Source of the DNA: Rhodomicrobiaceae bacterium
GTDB taxonomy: Bacteria; Pseudomonadota; Alphaproteobacteria; Rhizobiales; Rhodomicrobiaceae
Assembly: GCA_050330195.1 (NCBI GenBank)
Contig: JBHJOB010000025.1
Location: 649 to 64,648 of the forward strand
Direction of reading: 5' to 3'
DNA: 64,000 nucleotides
In this document: piece by piece, positions 35,022-44,792 of the stretch
How the letters are laid out: each line of letters begins with the position of its first letter
Numbering within the stretch: the stretch's first letter is position 1
Made by a program: the position numbers and the translations under genes
The notes under the pieces: model-generated
Database searches by the model: none
Seen by the model: only the letters and a program-made list of their open reading frames with translations
What the model was told of the DNA's origin: nothing

Positions 35022-36095
35022 TCAGCCGCGATCCACGAGCCAGCCATCCGCGTACAGTCTCGTCTGCGCCGGATCGAAGGCAACGCGCGCGCCCGTCGCC
35101 GGAACGTCCGCGCCTTCAGAGACCAGCAGATTGATCCGGCTCTCGCCGTGCCGCGCATCGACGATGCGGTGACGCCCGGCATCGCTGACCTTTGCGATCT
35201 CGACCGGTATGCCCTCATCGGCGAAACGCACGAATTCCGGCCGGATGCCGATCTCGGTCCGCTTTCCGCCAAGGTTGCCGCTGGCGGGATTGGCGACGTC
35301 AATCCTGTGACCGTTGAAATGCGCCGCGCCATTCTCGAACCGGCAGGGCAGCACATTCATGCCCGGCGAACCGATGAAATGGCCGACAAAGGTGTGATGC
35401 GGGCGCTCGAACAGCTCCAGCGGCGTCCCCATCTGCACGACCTCGCCCTCATGCATGACGACGACCCTGTCGGCGAATGTCAGCGCCTCGGTCTGGTCGT
35501 GGGTAACGTAGATCATCGTCACCTTGATGCGGGTGTGCAGCTCCTTCAGCTTGGAGCGCAACTGCCATTTCAGATGCGGGTCGATCACCGTCAGCGGCTC
35601 GTCGAACATGATGACGTTGACGTCCTCGCGAATGAGGCCGCGGCCCAGCGAGATTTTCTGCTTGGCGTCGGCGGTCATGCCTTCCGCGCGCCGCCCGAGC
35701 ATCTCGCTGAGCTCCGTCATCTCGGCAATCACCTCGACGCGGGCGCGGACATCGGCTTCGCCAACGCCGCGATTGCGCAGGGGAAAGGCCAGATTGTCGA
35801 ACACCGTCATCGTGTCGTAGACGACCGGAAACTGGAAGACCTGCGCGATGTTGCGCGCATCCGGCGGCAGCGTCGTCACATCGGTCCCGTCGAACAGCAC
35901 GCGGCCATCGCTCGGCTGCAACAGGCCGGAAATGATGTTGAGCAAGGTCGTCTTGCCGCAGCCGGACGGTCCGAGCAGCGCATAAGCCCCGCCGTCGTCC
36001 CATGTCACATCGAGCTGCTTGAGCGCATAATCGGCAGGCGTCTTGGGATCTGGCAGATAGGAATGGCGCAGATTGTCCAGAGTGATCTTCGCCAT
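35022..36095 (-). CDS. ABC transporter ATP-binding protein (MalK/UgpC-like), second of two
   Basis: Walker A GPSGCGKTT, Walker B IMFDEPLT, and a C-terminal regulatory/TOBE-like domain. Confidence 0.9.
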   Translation of the reverse strand: MAKITLDNLRHSYLPDPKTPADYALKQLDVTWDDGGAYALLGPSGCGKTTLLNIISGLLQPSDGRVLFDGTDVTTLPPDARNIAQVFQFPVVYDTMTVFDNLAFPLRNRGVGEADVRARVEVIAEMTELSEMLGRRAEGMTADAKQKISLGRGLIREDVNVIMFDEPLTVIDPHLKWQLRSKLKELHTRIKVTMIYVTHDQTEALTFADRVVVMHEGEVVQMGTPLELFERPHHTFVGHFIGSPGMNVLPCRFENGAAHFNGHRIDVANPASGNLGGKRTEIGIRPEFVRFADEGIPVEIAKVSDAGRHRIVDARHGESRINLLVSEGADVPATGARVAFDPAQTRLYADGWLVDRG

Positions 36096-37177
36096 CAGCT
36101 TGCCTCCCCGCCAGCCAGACGCTGCCCGTCCTCGGCGAAATAAAGACAGCGCGCCGGGTCGAAATGAAAACGCGCCGTCTCGCCGACCTCGAAGGAGCGC
36201 AGCCCGTGAAATTGCGACACCCAGCCCTTCCCTGCATGATCGAAATGGATCACGCTCTCCGAACCGCTGAGCTCGGCGATCTGTATTCGGCCGTAAATGG
36301 CCACGCCGGTTTCCACGCCACTGTCGGCGGGCGTCACGAAATGCGGGCGGATGCCGATGATATAGCGGCCATCGGCAAGACTGGCGGCATCGCCTTCAGC
36401 CGTCCATGTCACGCCGTCGCTCAGCCGGATCTCGCTGCCCGACTTGGTCACGGCCGCAACATTGATGGGCGGTTCGGAAAAAACCTTCGCGGCCTGAAGA
36501 TCGCCCGGCCGCCGGTAGAGCTTGCCCGTCGGCCCGTATTCGACCACGCGGCCTTGATGAAGGATTGCGGTATGGCCGCCGAACAGGAGCGCCTCGCTCG
36601 GATCGGCAGTCGCATAGACGACGGTGCAGCGCCGGTCGGCAAACAGCCTCGGCAGTTCGTCGCGCAATTCCTCGCGCAGCTTGAAATCGAGATTGGCGAG
36701 CGGCTCGTCGAGCAGCACCAGATCGGTGCCCTTGACCAGCGCGCGCGCCAAAGCCGTGCGTTGCTGCTGCCCGCCGGAAAGCTCGTTCGGTTTACGCTGA
36801 AGCATGGGCGTCAACCGCAGCAACTCCGCCATGCGGCCGACGCGGTTCTGGATTTCCGCCTTCGGCATTCGCACGACGCGCAATGGCGAGGCGATATTCT
36901 CGAACACCGTGAAATTCGGATAGTTGATGAACTGCTGGTAGACCATCGAGACCTCGCGCTTCTGCACGGGCACGCCCGTCACATTGCGCCCGTTGAACCA
37001 GATCTCGCCCGTAGTCGGCTTGATCAGGCCCGCCATCAGTCGCATCAGGGTCGTCTTGCCCGCCAGCGTCGTGCCGAGCAGCAGGTTGAAGCCATCGTCG
37101 GCCAAGGTCACGCTCGCCGGATGGATATGCGTCTCGGATCCAACGCGCAGACTGACATTTTTCAGCTCGAGGGTCAC
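36095..37177 (-). CDS. ABC transporter ATP-binding protein (MalK/UgpC-like), first of two
   Basis: Degenerate Walker A GTTLAGKTT, signature LSGGQQQRTALARAL, Walker B LVLLDEPLANLD. Confidence 0.9.
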   Translation of the reverse strand: MTLELKNVSLRVGSETHIHPASVTLADDGFNLLLGTTLAGKTTLMRLMAGLIKPTTGEIWFNGRNVTGVPVQKREVSMVYQQFINYPNFTVFENIASPLRVVRMPKAEIQNRVGRMAELLRLTPMLQRKPNELSGGQQQRTALARALVKGTDLVLLDEPLANLDFKLREELRDELPRLFADRRCTVVYATADPSEALLFGGHTAILHQGRVVEYGPTGKLYRRPGDLQAAKVFSEPPINVAAVTKSGSEIRLSDGVTWTAEGDAASLADGRYIIGIRPHFVTPADSGVETGVAIYGRIQIAELSGSESVIHFDHAGKGWVSQFHGLRSFEVGETARFHFDPARCLYFAEDGQRLAGGEAS

Positions 37178-37329
37178 GGATGAGGGTCCATTGATACTGG
37201 CCGGACAATCATGACGGCGCCCTCCGGCAGCAAGTTACGAAGCGAGATGCGCTCTTATTGGCGCGAGAACGTTCCCCGTCCGGCAAAGCGTCCGGGGAAC
37301 GCCGCGTGTTCAGTCCGCAGCCGTCGCCG

Positions 37330-37431
37330 GATCAGGATCGTTTTATCAAGGAAACGATCCTGATCCGCTCGATTTGTTTCCAGCTCGAGTTTTCCGAAAA
37401 ATGGTATCCATTTTATCGGATCTCGCTCTGG
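37330..37431 (+). repeat. 102-bp intergenic repeat element, copy 3, inside the ABC operon between the SBP and ATPase genes
   Basis: GATCAGGATCGTTT-tatcaagg-AAACGATCCTGATC (14-bp stem), followed by the conserved TTTGTTTCCAGCTCGAGTTTTCCGAAAAATGGTATCCATTTTATCGGATCTCGCTCTGG. Confidence 0.85.
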
Positions 37432-37451
37432 CGGCGGACCGGGAGGAAAAC

Positions 37452-39194
37452 CTAGTTGGCGGTTTCCCAGCGCTTGATCAGCTCCTCATAGGCGATGGTC
37501 TCGCCCTGGGGTTTCTCGTTTTCGAGCTTGGCCCACGGCGCGCCGGGCTTGTTCAGCCATTCGGCCGGATCGACTTCCGGATTGAGGCGGGGACCGCAGC
37601 CGCTATAGGCGTTGGCGGCCTCGTCGGCAGCCTGCATGCGGGCCATCAGACCGTCCATCTCGGCCGCCAGACGGTCCATCGCCTCCTGCGGGGTGAAGGT
37701 GCCGGCATTGACGTCGCCGATGTGCTGCCAGAAGAGCTGGGCCAGCTTGGGGTAGTCGGGCACGTTGACGCCGGTCGGGGTCCACGAAACACGGTCGGGC
37801 GAGCGGTAGAACTCGATCAGACCTCCAAGCTTGGGAGCGCGTTCGGTGAAGCTTTCATGCTGGATCGTGCTCTCACGAACGAAAGTCAGGCCGACGTGGC
37901 TTTTCTTCAGGTCCACGGTCTTGGAGCTCGCAAACTGTGCCCACAGCCAGGCTGCCTTGCGGCGATCCAGCGGCGTGGACTTGAGGAGCGTCCACGAGCC
38001 GGCATCCTGGTAGCCGCGCTGCGAACCTTCTACCCAGTACGGGCCGTGCGGTCCCGGCGCCATCCGCCACAGGAGGTTGCCGTCATCGTCTACGGTGTTG
38101 TTGCCCTCGGTCTTGGGCTTGACCATGTCGGGAACGAAGGCCGAGTACCAGAAGACCTGCTGGGCTACGTTGCCCTGGCTGAGCGCCGGCAGCGACTGGT
38201 AGAAGTCGAGGTCGGCGGCGCCTGGAGGCGCGTATTTCCGCAGCCATTCGTCCCACTTGGCGACCGCGTAGACCGCTGCCGGGCTGTTTGTGGCGCCGCC
38301 GCGCGAGACCGACGCGCCGACGGGGTTGCAGGAGCCTTCCTCCATGCGGATGCCCCATTCGTCGACCGGCCGGCCATTCGGGAGGCCCGCATCGGCCGCG
38401 CCGGCCATGGACAGCCATGCGTCGGTCATGCGCCAGCCAAGGTCCGGCGCGCGCTTGCCGTAGTCCATATGGCCGTAGACGCGAACGCCGTCGATCTCCT
38501 TCACGTCGTTGGTGAAGAATTCGGCGATGTCCTCATAGGCCGACCAATCGACCGGCACACCGAGCTCGTAGCCGTACTTCTCCTTGAATTGCGCCTTCAG
38601 GTCCTCGCGATCGAACCAGTCCTTGCGGAACCAGTAGAGATTGGCGAACTGCTGGTCGGGCAGTTGCCATACGGTCCCGTCCGGCCCGGTGGTGAACGAG
38701 ATGCCGATGAAGTCATCGATGTCGAGTCCAGGATTGGTGACATCGGCGCCCTCGCCGGCCATCCATTCGGTCAGGTTGACCGTGAGACCCAGGCGGGCGT
38801 GCATCCCGATCAGGTCGGAGTCGTTCACGTAGACGTCGTACAGATTGCGTCCGGTCTGCAATTGCGTCTGGATCGCCTGAACAAGATCGCCCTCACCGAT
38901 GATCTGGTGATTCACCTTGATGCCGGTGATTTCCTCGAAGGCTTTGGCGAGGACCTGCGCCTCGTAATTGTGGGTCCCGATCGCTTCCGCCACCGAGTTG
39001 ATTTCCATGCCCTGGAAGGGTTCGGCAGCTTTAATGAACCATTCCATTTCCTTGAGTTGTTCTTCCTTGGAGAGCGCCGAGGGTTGGAACTCCTCGTTAA
39101 TCCACTTCTCTGCTTCCGCCATACCGGCGAAGGCTTGCGTCGATGCGGCCGCCAAGGCGATCGCTGACGCAGCAGCAAGCAAGCGTATCCTCAT
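37452..39194 (-). CDS. ABC transporter substrate-binding protein (large, ~580 aa, glycerol-type sugar/polyol SBP)
   Basis: Signal peptide MRIRLLAAASAIALAAASTQAFA. First gene of the operon, divergent from glpR. Confidence 0.85.
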   Translation of the reverse strand: MRIRLLAAASAIALAAASTQAFAGMAEAEKWINEEFQPSALSKEEQLKEMEWFIKAAEPFQGMEINSVAEAIGTHNYEAQVLAKAFEEITGIKVNHQIIGEGDLVQAIQTQLQTGRNLYDVYVNDSDLIGMHARLGLTVNLTEWMAGEGADVTNPGLDIDDFIGISFTTGPDGTVWQLPDQQFANLYWFRKDWFDREDLKAQFKEKYGYELGVPVDWSAYEDIAEFFTNDVKEIDGVRVYGHMDYGKRAPDLGWRMTDAWLSMAGAADAGLPNGRPVDEWGIRMEEGSCNPVGASVSRGGATNSPAAVYAVAKWDEWLRKYAPPGAADLDFYQSLPALSQGNVAQQVFWYSAFVPDMVKPKTEGNNTVDDDGNLLWRMAPGPHGPYWVEGSQRGYQDAGSWTLLKSTPLDRRKAAWLWAQFASSKTVDLKKSHVGLTFVRESTIQHESFTERAPKLGGLIEFYRSPDRVSWTPTGVNVPDYPKLAQLFWQHIGDVNAGTFTPQEAMDRLAAEMDGLMARMQAADEAANAYSGCGPRLNPEVDPAEWLNKPGAPWAKLENEKPQGETIAYEELIKRWETAN

Positions 39195-39357
39195 GCCGTT
39201 TCCTCCTGTTTAATTATGAGCCTAACGCTACATGTGAAAAAAAACGAATGTCAATCGAAATTTAACGCGCGTTCAGCTCTCTTTTTTTCATCTTCACATT
39301 AGGATACTACGGTAGCCATGGAGTTTTGCAATAAGAGCTTTGTCAGGAGTGCGCCCT

Positions 39358-40128
39358 ATGGAGGTCCTTTCTCCACGCCAGTCGGACATCGTCGCACTCG
39401 CCAAGATTGAAGGTCGGGTCAATGTCGAGGATCTGGCCGAACGTTTCGGCGTGACGCCGCAGACGATCCGCAAGGATCTGAACGATCTGTGCGACCGGGG
39501 GATGCTTGCGCGCTATCATGGCGGCGCGGTGCCGGCGTCAGGCGTCGCCAACGTCGGATATGAAGCGCGGCGCCAACTTGCCCCCGACGCCAAGCGCGCA
39601 ATCGGCGCGGCGGCGGCCCGGCTGATTCCCGACGGTGCGTCGGTTCTGATCAATATCGGCACGACGACGGAGCAGGTCGCCACGGCGCTGCGCGGCCGTC
39701 TCGGCCTCATGGTGATTACCAATAACATCAACGTTGCCAATATCTTGCAGGGACAGGAAGGCATCGAAGTCGTCGTTGCGGGCGGCGTTCTACGCCATTC
39801 AGACGGCGGAATTGTCGGCGAGGCGGCGGTGGACTTCATTCGCCAGTTCCGCGTCGATTACGCGATCATCGGCGCGTCCGCGATCGACCTTGACGGCACC
39901 CTGCTGGACTATGATTACCGGGAGGTGAAGGTCGCCAAGGCGATCATCGACTGCGCCCGCCATTCGATCCTCGTCGCCGACAGCATGAAGTACGATCGCT
40001 CCGCTCCGGTCCGCATCGGGCATATCTCCCAGCTCGATTTCTTCGTGACCGAATGCCGGCCTCCGAATGCGCTGACGCAACTCTGCAAGGAGGCCGACGT
40101 GCAGATCGAGATTGCGACGCCCGCTTGA
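39358..40128 (+). CDS. glpR: DeoR-family transcriptional repressor (GlpR-type)
   Basis: Track ORF 39340 (TTG). ATG 39358 is preferred because CAGGAG lies upstream. HTH RQSDIVALAKIEGRVNVEDLAERFGVTPQTIRKDLNDL plus a DeoR C-terminal sugar-phosphate sensor domain. Located next to glpD/glpK. Confidence 0.85.
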   Translation: MEVLSPRQSDIVALAKIEGRVNVEDLAERFGVTPQTIRKDLNDLCDRGMLARYHGGAVPASGVANVGYEARRQLAPDAKRAIGAAAARLIPDGASVLINIGTTTEQVATALRGRLGLMVITNNINVANILQGQEGIEVVVAGGVLRHSDGGIVGEAAVDFIRQFRVDYAIIGASAIDLDGTLLDYDYREVKVAKAIIDCARHSILVADSMKYDRSAPVRIGHISQLDFFVTECRPPNALTQLCKEADVQIEIATPA

Positions 40129-40153
40129 CCTTTCGAGAAAGCGCGATAATCTT

Positions 40154-40165
40154 CGTTTTAAAACG
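40154..40165. promoter_or_regulatory. Perfect 12-bp palindrome CGTTTTAAAACG in the glpR-glpD intergenic region (candidate GlpR operator)
   Basis: Its half-site TTCGTTTT (reverse complement AAAACGAA) recurs at 39241-39248 in the SBP/glpR divergent promoter region. Confidence 0.35.
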
Positions 40166-40243
40166 GGTTTGCCGTCGCGAGACGCGCAGAACCCTGCTGA
40201 GCGGCTTCGACACTGCCCAGCGCCAGACATACAGGAAAGGCGC

Positions 40244-41749
40244 ATGTACGATATCGCGGTGATTGGCGGAGGCGTGAATGGATGCGGAATTGCGCGTGAT
40301 GCGGCAGGACGCGGACTGTCGGTGCTGCTCGTCGAAAAGGACGATCTCGCAAGCGGCACCTCGGCCGCCTCGACCAAACTGATCCATGGCGGCCTGCGCT
40401 ATCTGGAGCACTATGAATTCGGGCTCGTGCGCGAATCGCTGAAGGAACGCGAAGTTCTCTGGGGGATGGCCCCGCACATCATCTGGCCGCTGCGTTTCGT
40501 GCTGCCGCATCATCGCGGCCTGCGCCCGGCGTTCATCATCCGGCTCGGCCTGTTCCTCTACGACCATCTGGGCGGCCGAAAGCTGCTGCCGCCAACGCGC
40601 ACGCTCGATCTGCGTGAGCATCCGGCAGGCAAGCCATTGAAACCGGAGTTCAAAAAAGGCTTCGAATATTCCGACTGCTGGGTCGAGGATGCGCGCCTCG
40701 TCGTGCTCAACGCGATGGACGCGGCCCAGCGCGGCGCGACTATCCGTGTACGAACGGAGCTGCTCAATGCGCGCCGTCAAGGCGATCACTGGGAAGCCGA
40801 GATCATCGACCGGGCAACCGGGCGCAGCGAGACGATCAGAACACGTATTCTTGTCAACTCGGCGGGTCCGTGGGTGGCGGACGTCCTCGCCCGGCGTCTG
40901 GGCCGCAACACCCGGTCCCGCGTCCGTCTGGTCAAGGGCAGCCATATCGTGGTGCCGCGCCTCACCGAGCACGACCGCGCCTATATTTTCCAGAATGCCG
41001 ATGGCCGGATCATCTTCGCCATTCCCTATGAACGCGATTTCACGCTGATCGGAACGACCGACGTCGAATTCACCGGCGATCCCGCCAATGTCCAGATCGA
41101 CGCGGCCGAAATCGCCTATCTCTGCAGCGCGGCAAGCGAATATTTCGAGACGCCCGTGGCGACCGATCAGGTTGTGTGGACCTATTCCGGCGTCCGCCCG
41201 CTTTACGACGACGGAGGCGAAGCGGCGCAAGCCGTGACGCGTGATTTCGTGCTGGAACTCGACGCGGCGGAGGGCCAGGCGCCGCTGCTCAGTGTCTTCG
41301 GCGGCAAGATCACCACCTATCGGCATCTGGCCGAGGAAGCGTTGAAAAAGCTCTCGGGATGGCTCGGCAATGCCGGGCCGACATGGACGCGCGGAGCTAC
41401 CTTGCCCGGCGGCGATTTCCCCGTTGGCAGCTTCGATGCGTTGACGGATGAAATTGCGGCGAGATTTCCCGGCCTGCCGCGCCCGCTGATCGAACGGCTC
41501 GCCCGCGCTTACGGGACGCGCACCGACCGGATCATCGAGGGCTGCCAGCAAGAGAGTGATCTTGGCCGCCGCTTCGGCGCGGATCTGTACGAGCGGGAGG
41601 TGGCCTATCTGACCGAGGCCGAATGGGCGCGCGAGCCGGATGACATTTTGTGGCGGCGCAGTAAACTGGGTTTGCGCTTAACGAGAGAAGAACGCGCGGC
41701 GCTGGAGGATTGGCTGAAGGCTCACGAGCCGGTCGCCGCAGCGTCATAA
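40244..41749 (+). CDS. glpD: Glycerol-3-phosphate dehydrogenase (FAD-dependent)
   Basis: In frame with track ORF 40112..41749. Start at [55 protein letters not shown]. Confidence 0.93.
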   Translation: MYDIAVIGGGVNGCGIARDAAGRGLSVLLVEKDDLASGTSAASTKLIHGGLRYLEHYEFGLVRESLKEREVLWGMAPHIIWPLRFVLPHHRGLRPAFIIRLGLFLYDHLGGRKLLPPTRTLDLREHPAGKPLKPEFKKGFEYSDCWVEDARLVVLNAMDAAQRGATIRVRTELLNARRQGDHWEAEIIDRATGRSETIRTRILVNSAGPWVADVLARRLGRNTRSRVRLVKGSHIVVPRLTEHDRAYIFQNADGRIIFAIPYERDFTLIGTTDVEFTGDPANVQIDAAEIAYLCSAASEYFETPVATDQVVWTYSGVRPLYDDGGEAAQAVTRDFVLELDAAEGQAPLLSVFGGKITTYRHLAEEALKKLSGWLGNAGPTWTRGATLPGGDFPVGSFDALTDEIAARFPGLPRPLIERLARAYGTRTDRIIEGCQQESDLGRRFGADLYEREVAYLTEAEWAREPDDILWRRSKLGLRLTREERAALEDWLKAHEPVAAAS

Positions 41750-41771
41750 TGGCGTGTCAGGGAGGCAAAAG

Positions 41772-43265
41772 ATGCAGCGTTACGTCCTTGCGATCGACCA
41801 GGGCACAACATCCACGCGCGCGATTCTCTTCGATGAGGACATGCGCATCGCGGCTGTCGCCCAGGAGGAATTTCCGCAGCATTATCCACGCTCCGGCTGG
41901 GTCGAGCATGACGCGGAGGACCTTTGGCGCACCACCGTCTCCACCTGCAAGGCCGTGCTCGCCCAGAAACAGGCGACCGCCGCCGACATCGCCGCCATCG
42001 GCATCACCAATCAGCGCGAGACGACGCTCGTCTGGGATCGCGCGACCGGGCAGGCCATTCACAACGCCATCGTCTGGCAGGACCGGCGCACCGCCGAATT
42101 CTGCGCCCATCTCAAAGCTGCAGGTCACGAGCCGCAAGTGTCGGAGAAAACCGGCCTGCTGCTGGACCCCTATTTTTCCGCGACGAAAATCGCCTGGATG
42201 CTCGACCATGTCGAAGGCGCGCGGGCGAAAGCGGAGGCCGGCCAGCTCGCCTTTGGCACCGTTGACAGCTATCTGCTCTGGCGGCTGACCGGGGGCAAGA
42301 TTCACGCAACGGATGCAACCAATGCAAGCCGGACGCTGCTCTATGACATTGGCGAAGGCCGCTGGCGCGCCAGCCTGTGCGACCTGTTCCGTGTGCCTCA
42401 GTCCATGTTGCCGGAGGTTCGGGACAGCGCGGCCGATTTCGGCGCGACCGATCCGGAGCTTTTCGGCGGCCCGATCCGGATCGCGGGGATAGCCGGCGAC
42501 CAGCAGGCCGCAACCGTCGGCCAGGCGTGTTTTTCGCCCGGAATGCTGAAATCGACCTACGGCACGGGCTGTTTCGCCGTTCTCAACACTGGCGCGACGA
42601 TGGTTCGCTCGCAAAATCGTCTGCTGACAACCATCGCTTACCAGCTCGGCGGGCGTCCGACCTATGCGCTGGAAGGCTCGATCTTCATCGCCGGAGCCGC
42701 CGTGCAATGGCTGCGCGACGGCTTGCGGATCATCGACAACGCCAGCCAATCCGGCGAACTCGCGGCAAGCGCCGATCCCAGTCAGGACGTCTATCTGGTG
42801 CCCGCCTTCGTCGGCCTCGGCGCGCCCTATTGGGACGCCGATTGCCGCGGCGCCATGTTCGGCCTGACGCGCAATACGGGCCGCGCCGAGTTTGCCTGCG
42901 CGGCGCTGGAGGCGGTCTGCTATCAGACGCGCGACCTGCTGGAGGCCATGAAGCGCGACTGGGGTTCGGCGCGCGCCACCGTGCTGCGGGTCGATGGCGG
43001 CATGGTCGCCTCGGACTGGACCATGCAGCGTCTCGCCGACATTCTCAGCGCGCCCGTGGACCGTCCGCAAATCCTGGAGACGACCGCCCTTGGCGCGGCC
43101 TATCTCGCCGGGATGCAGGCCGGGTTTTATCCCGATCTTGACAGCTTTGCCGCGCGCTGGTCGCTCGAACGCCGCTTCGAGGCGGAAATGCCGCTGGAGA
43201 TGCGCGAGCGCAAATATGCCGGCTGGCGGGACGCGGTGTCACGGACATTGACACGGAGCGTTTGA
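41772..43265 (+). CDS. glpK: Glycerol kinase
   Basis: Track ORF 41754 (GTG). ATG 41772 is preceded by [28 protein letters not shown] and the rest of the FGGY kinase core. Confidence 0.93.
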   Translation: MQRYVLAIDQGTTSTRAILFDEDMRIAAVAQEEFPQHYPRSGWVEHDAEDLWRTTVSTCKAVLAQKQATAADIAAIGITNQRETTLVWDRATGQAIHNAIVWQDRRTAEFCAHLKAAGHEPQVSEKTGLLLDPYFSATKIAWMLDHVEGARAKAEAGQLAFGTVDSYLLWRLTGGKIHATDATNASRTLLYDIGEGRWRASLCDLFRVPQSMLPEVRDSAADFGATDPELFGGPIRIAGIAGDQQAATVGQACFSPGMLKSTYGTGCFAVLNTGATMVRSQNRLLTTIAYQLGGRPTYALEGSIFIAGAAVQWLRDGLRIIDNASQSGELAASADPSQDVYLVPAFVGLGAPYWDADCRGAMFGLTRNTGRAEFACAALEAVCYQTRDLLEAMKRDWGSARATVLRVDGGMVASDWTMQRLADILSAPVDRPQILETTALGAAYLAGMQAGFYPDLDSFAARWSLERRFEAEMPLEMRERKYAGWRDAVSRTLTRSV

Positions 43266-43271
43266 GCCGGA

Positions 43272-44693
43272 TCAGGATGCTGGCTTGACGAGTGCATGAG
43301 GGTCTCCATCAACATCCGGAGTGACGGCACTCGCTGGCTCTGAAGCCTCCGCCGATGCCGTGTTCTCCGAGGCGACGTCTTCGCTCTGCTCCTGAACCCA
43401 TTCCGCATAAGCGGGCGCAAGGGAGGCCGTTCGCGTCGCCGCGCCGGGGTGATATGGCGACTGCTCCTCAAGGGGAACGCTTTCGCGCCGGGTCATGCGA
43501 TAAAGCGCGAAGGCAAAGAGGCCGGCGTGACCAAATGCCAATACGCCAAGAAAGCCCTGCGGGCCGGTCAGATCCATCAATACACCGACGAGCGGCGGGC
43601 CGATCACGGCGCCTGACCCGAAAATGAGCGTCAGCCTGCTGCTCGCCGCGACCATCTGCTCGGGCCGGAGATAATCGTTCGTATAGGCAATGAACAGCGA
43701 GTAAAGCAGGAACGGCGCGACCCCGAGTATCGCCGCCATCCAGAGGATCAGGCCCGGATCAACGCTGATGACGACATAGGTCACGACAGGCATGATCGCA
43801 CCGGCCAGAGCCAGACCTGTTATGACTTTCCGGCGGTCGATCAGGTCGGAGAGCTTGCCGACCGGCCACTGGAACAGTGCCGCGCCGCCGATGATCAGAA
43901 ACATGAAAATGGATGTATCGGCGATGCTGAGACCGATTGTACGCGCGTAGACCGCGCCCATGCTGAACACCGCGCCCTGCATCACGCCGCCTGCAAACGC
44001 CCCGACGACGCCCAGCGGCGAAACCCGGTACAACTCCTTGACCGAGAAATTCTCCGTCGTCTCCTGCACCGGCTGAGGTGTGATCGACAGCAGAATCGGG
44101 ATCGCCGCGAATGTAATCAGCACCGAACAGACGATGAAGAGGTCGTGATTGTCGGGCGAACCGCCGTTCAGAAGAAGCTGTCCGCCCGCAATGCCGCTGT
44201 AGGTTATGATCATGTAGACGGCCAGAAGCCCGCCGCGATGCTTATTGGTGACGCGGTCATTGAGCCAGCTCTCGGTGACGATATAGGCGCTCGCCAGGCA
44301 ATAGCCGGTCAGGATGCGCATGACCGCCCAGATCAGTGGGGTCACGAAGAGCGACTGTATCAGGATCGCAAGCGACGCCATGCAGGTCGCCGCCGCAAAG
44401 ACGCGCAAGTGCCCGACGCGCTTGATTGTCTTCAGCGCGACGAGCGAGCCCAGCAGGAAGCCGACGAAATAGCCGGTCATGACGAAGCCGGTGACGGTCG
44501 AACCGAAGCCCTCCGACGCCGCGCGCACGCCAAGCAAGGTGCCCTGCAAACCGTTTCCCAGCATCAGAAACGCCATGCCGAGGAGCAGCGCCCAGACGCT
44601 TCCGGCGGCGGAAAACACCGGATTGTACTGAAAGCTCGCCTGCAACTGACCTGCGGAGCGAGACAGGGATGGACGGCGCATGCGCGGCCTCAA
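43272..44693 (-). CDS. MFS transporter
   Basis: 12-TM-like profile, TTG start at 44693 (ATG 44681 is the alternative). Convergent with glpK, with only 6 nt between the stop codons. Confidence 0.8.
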   Translation of the reverse strand: MRPRMRRPSLSRSAGQLQASFQYNPVFSAAGSVWALLLGMAFLMLGNGLQGTLLGVRAASEGFGSTVTGFVMTGYFVGFLLGSLVALKTIKRVGHLRVFAAATCMASLAILIQSLFVTPLIWAVMRILTGYCLASAYIVTESWLNDRVTNKHRGGLLAVYMIITYSGIAGGQLLLNGGSPDNHDLFIVCSVLITFAAIPILLSITPQPVQETTENFSVKELYRVSPLGVVGAFAGGVMQGAVFSMGAVYARTIGLSIADTSIFMFLIIGGAALFQWPVGKLSDLIDRRKVITGLALAGAIMPVVTYVVISVDPGLILWMAAILGVAPFLLYSLFIAYTNDYLRPEQMVAASSRLTLIFGSGAVIGPPLVGVLMDLTGPQGFLGVLAFGHAGLFAFALYRMTRRESVPLEEQSPYHPGAATRTASLAPAYAEWVQEQSEDVASENTASAEASEPASAVTPDVDGDPHALVKPAS

Positions 44694-44792
44694 TCGAAAA
44701 TGATGATTTGGGGAAACCCTATCCGGCCCTGGTTACAAAACGTCAAAACACGCCCGAAGGCGTGCCCGGATACGTGCTCGTGTTTCGGCTGG

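Noticed and set aside
43266-43282. GCCGGATCAGGAT resembling the left terminus of the 102-bp repeat.
   Set aside because: It matches only ~12 nt, lies across the MFS stop and coding end, and lacks the rest of the element. It is most likely a chance match.
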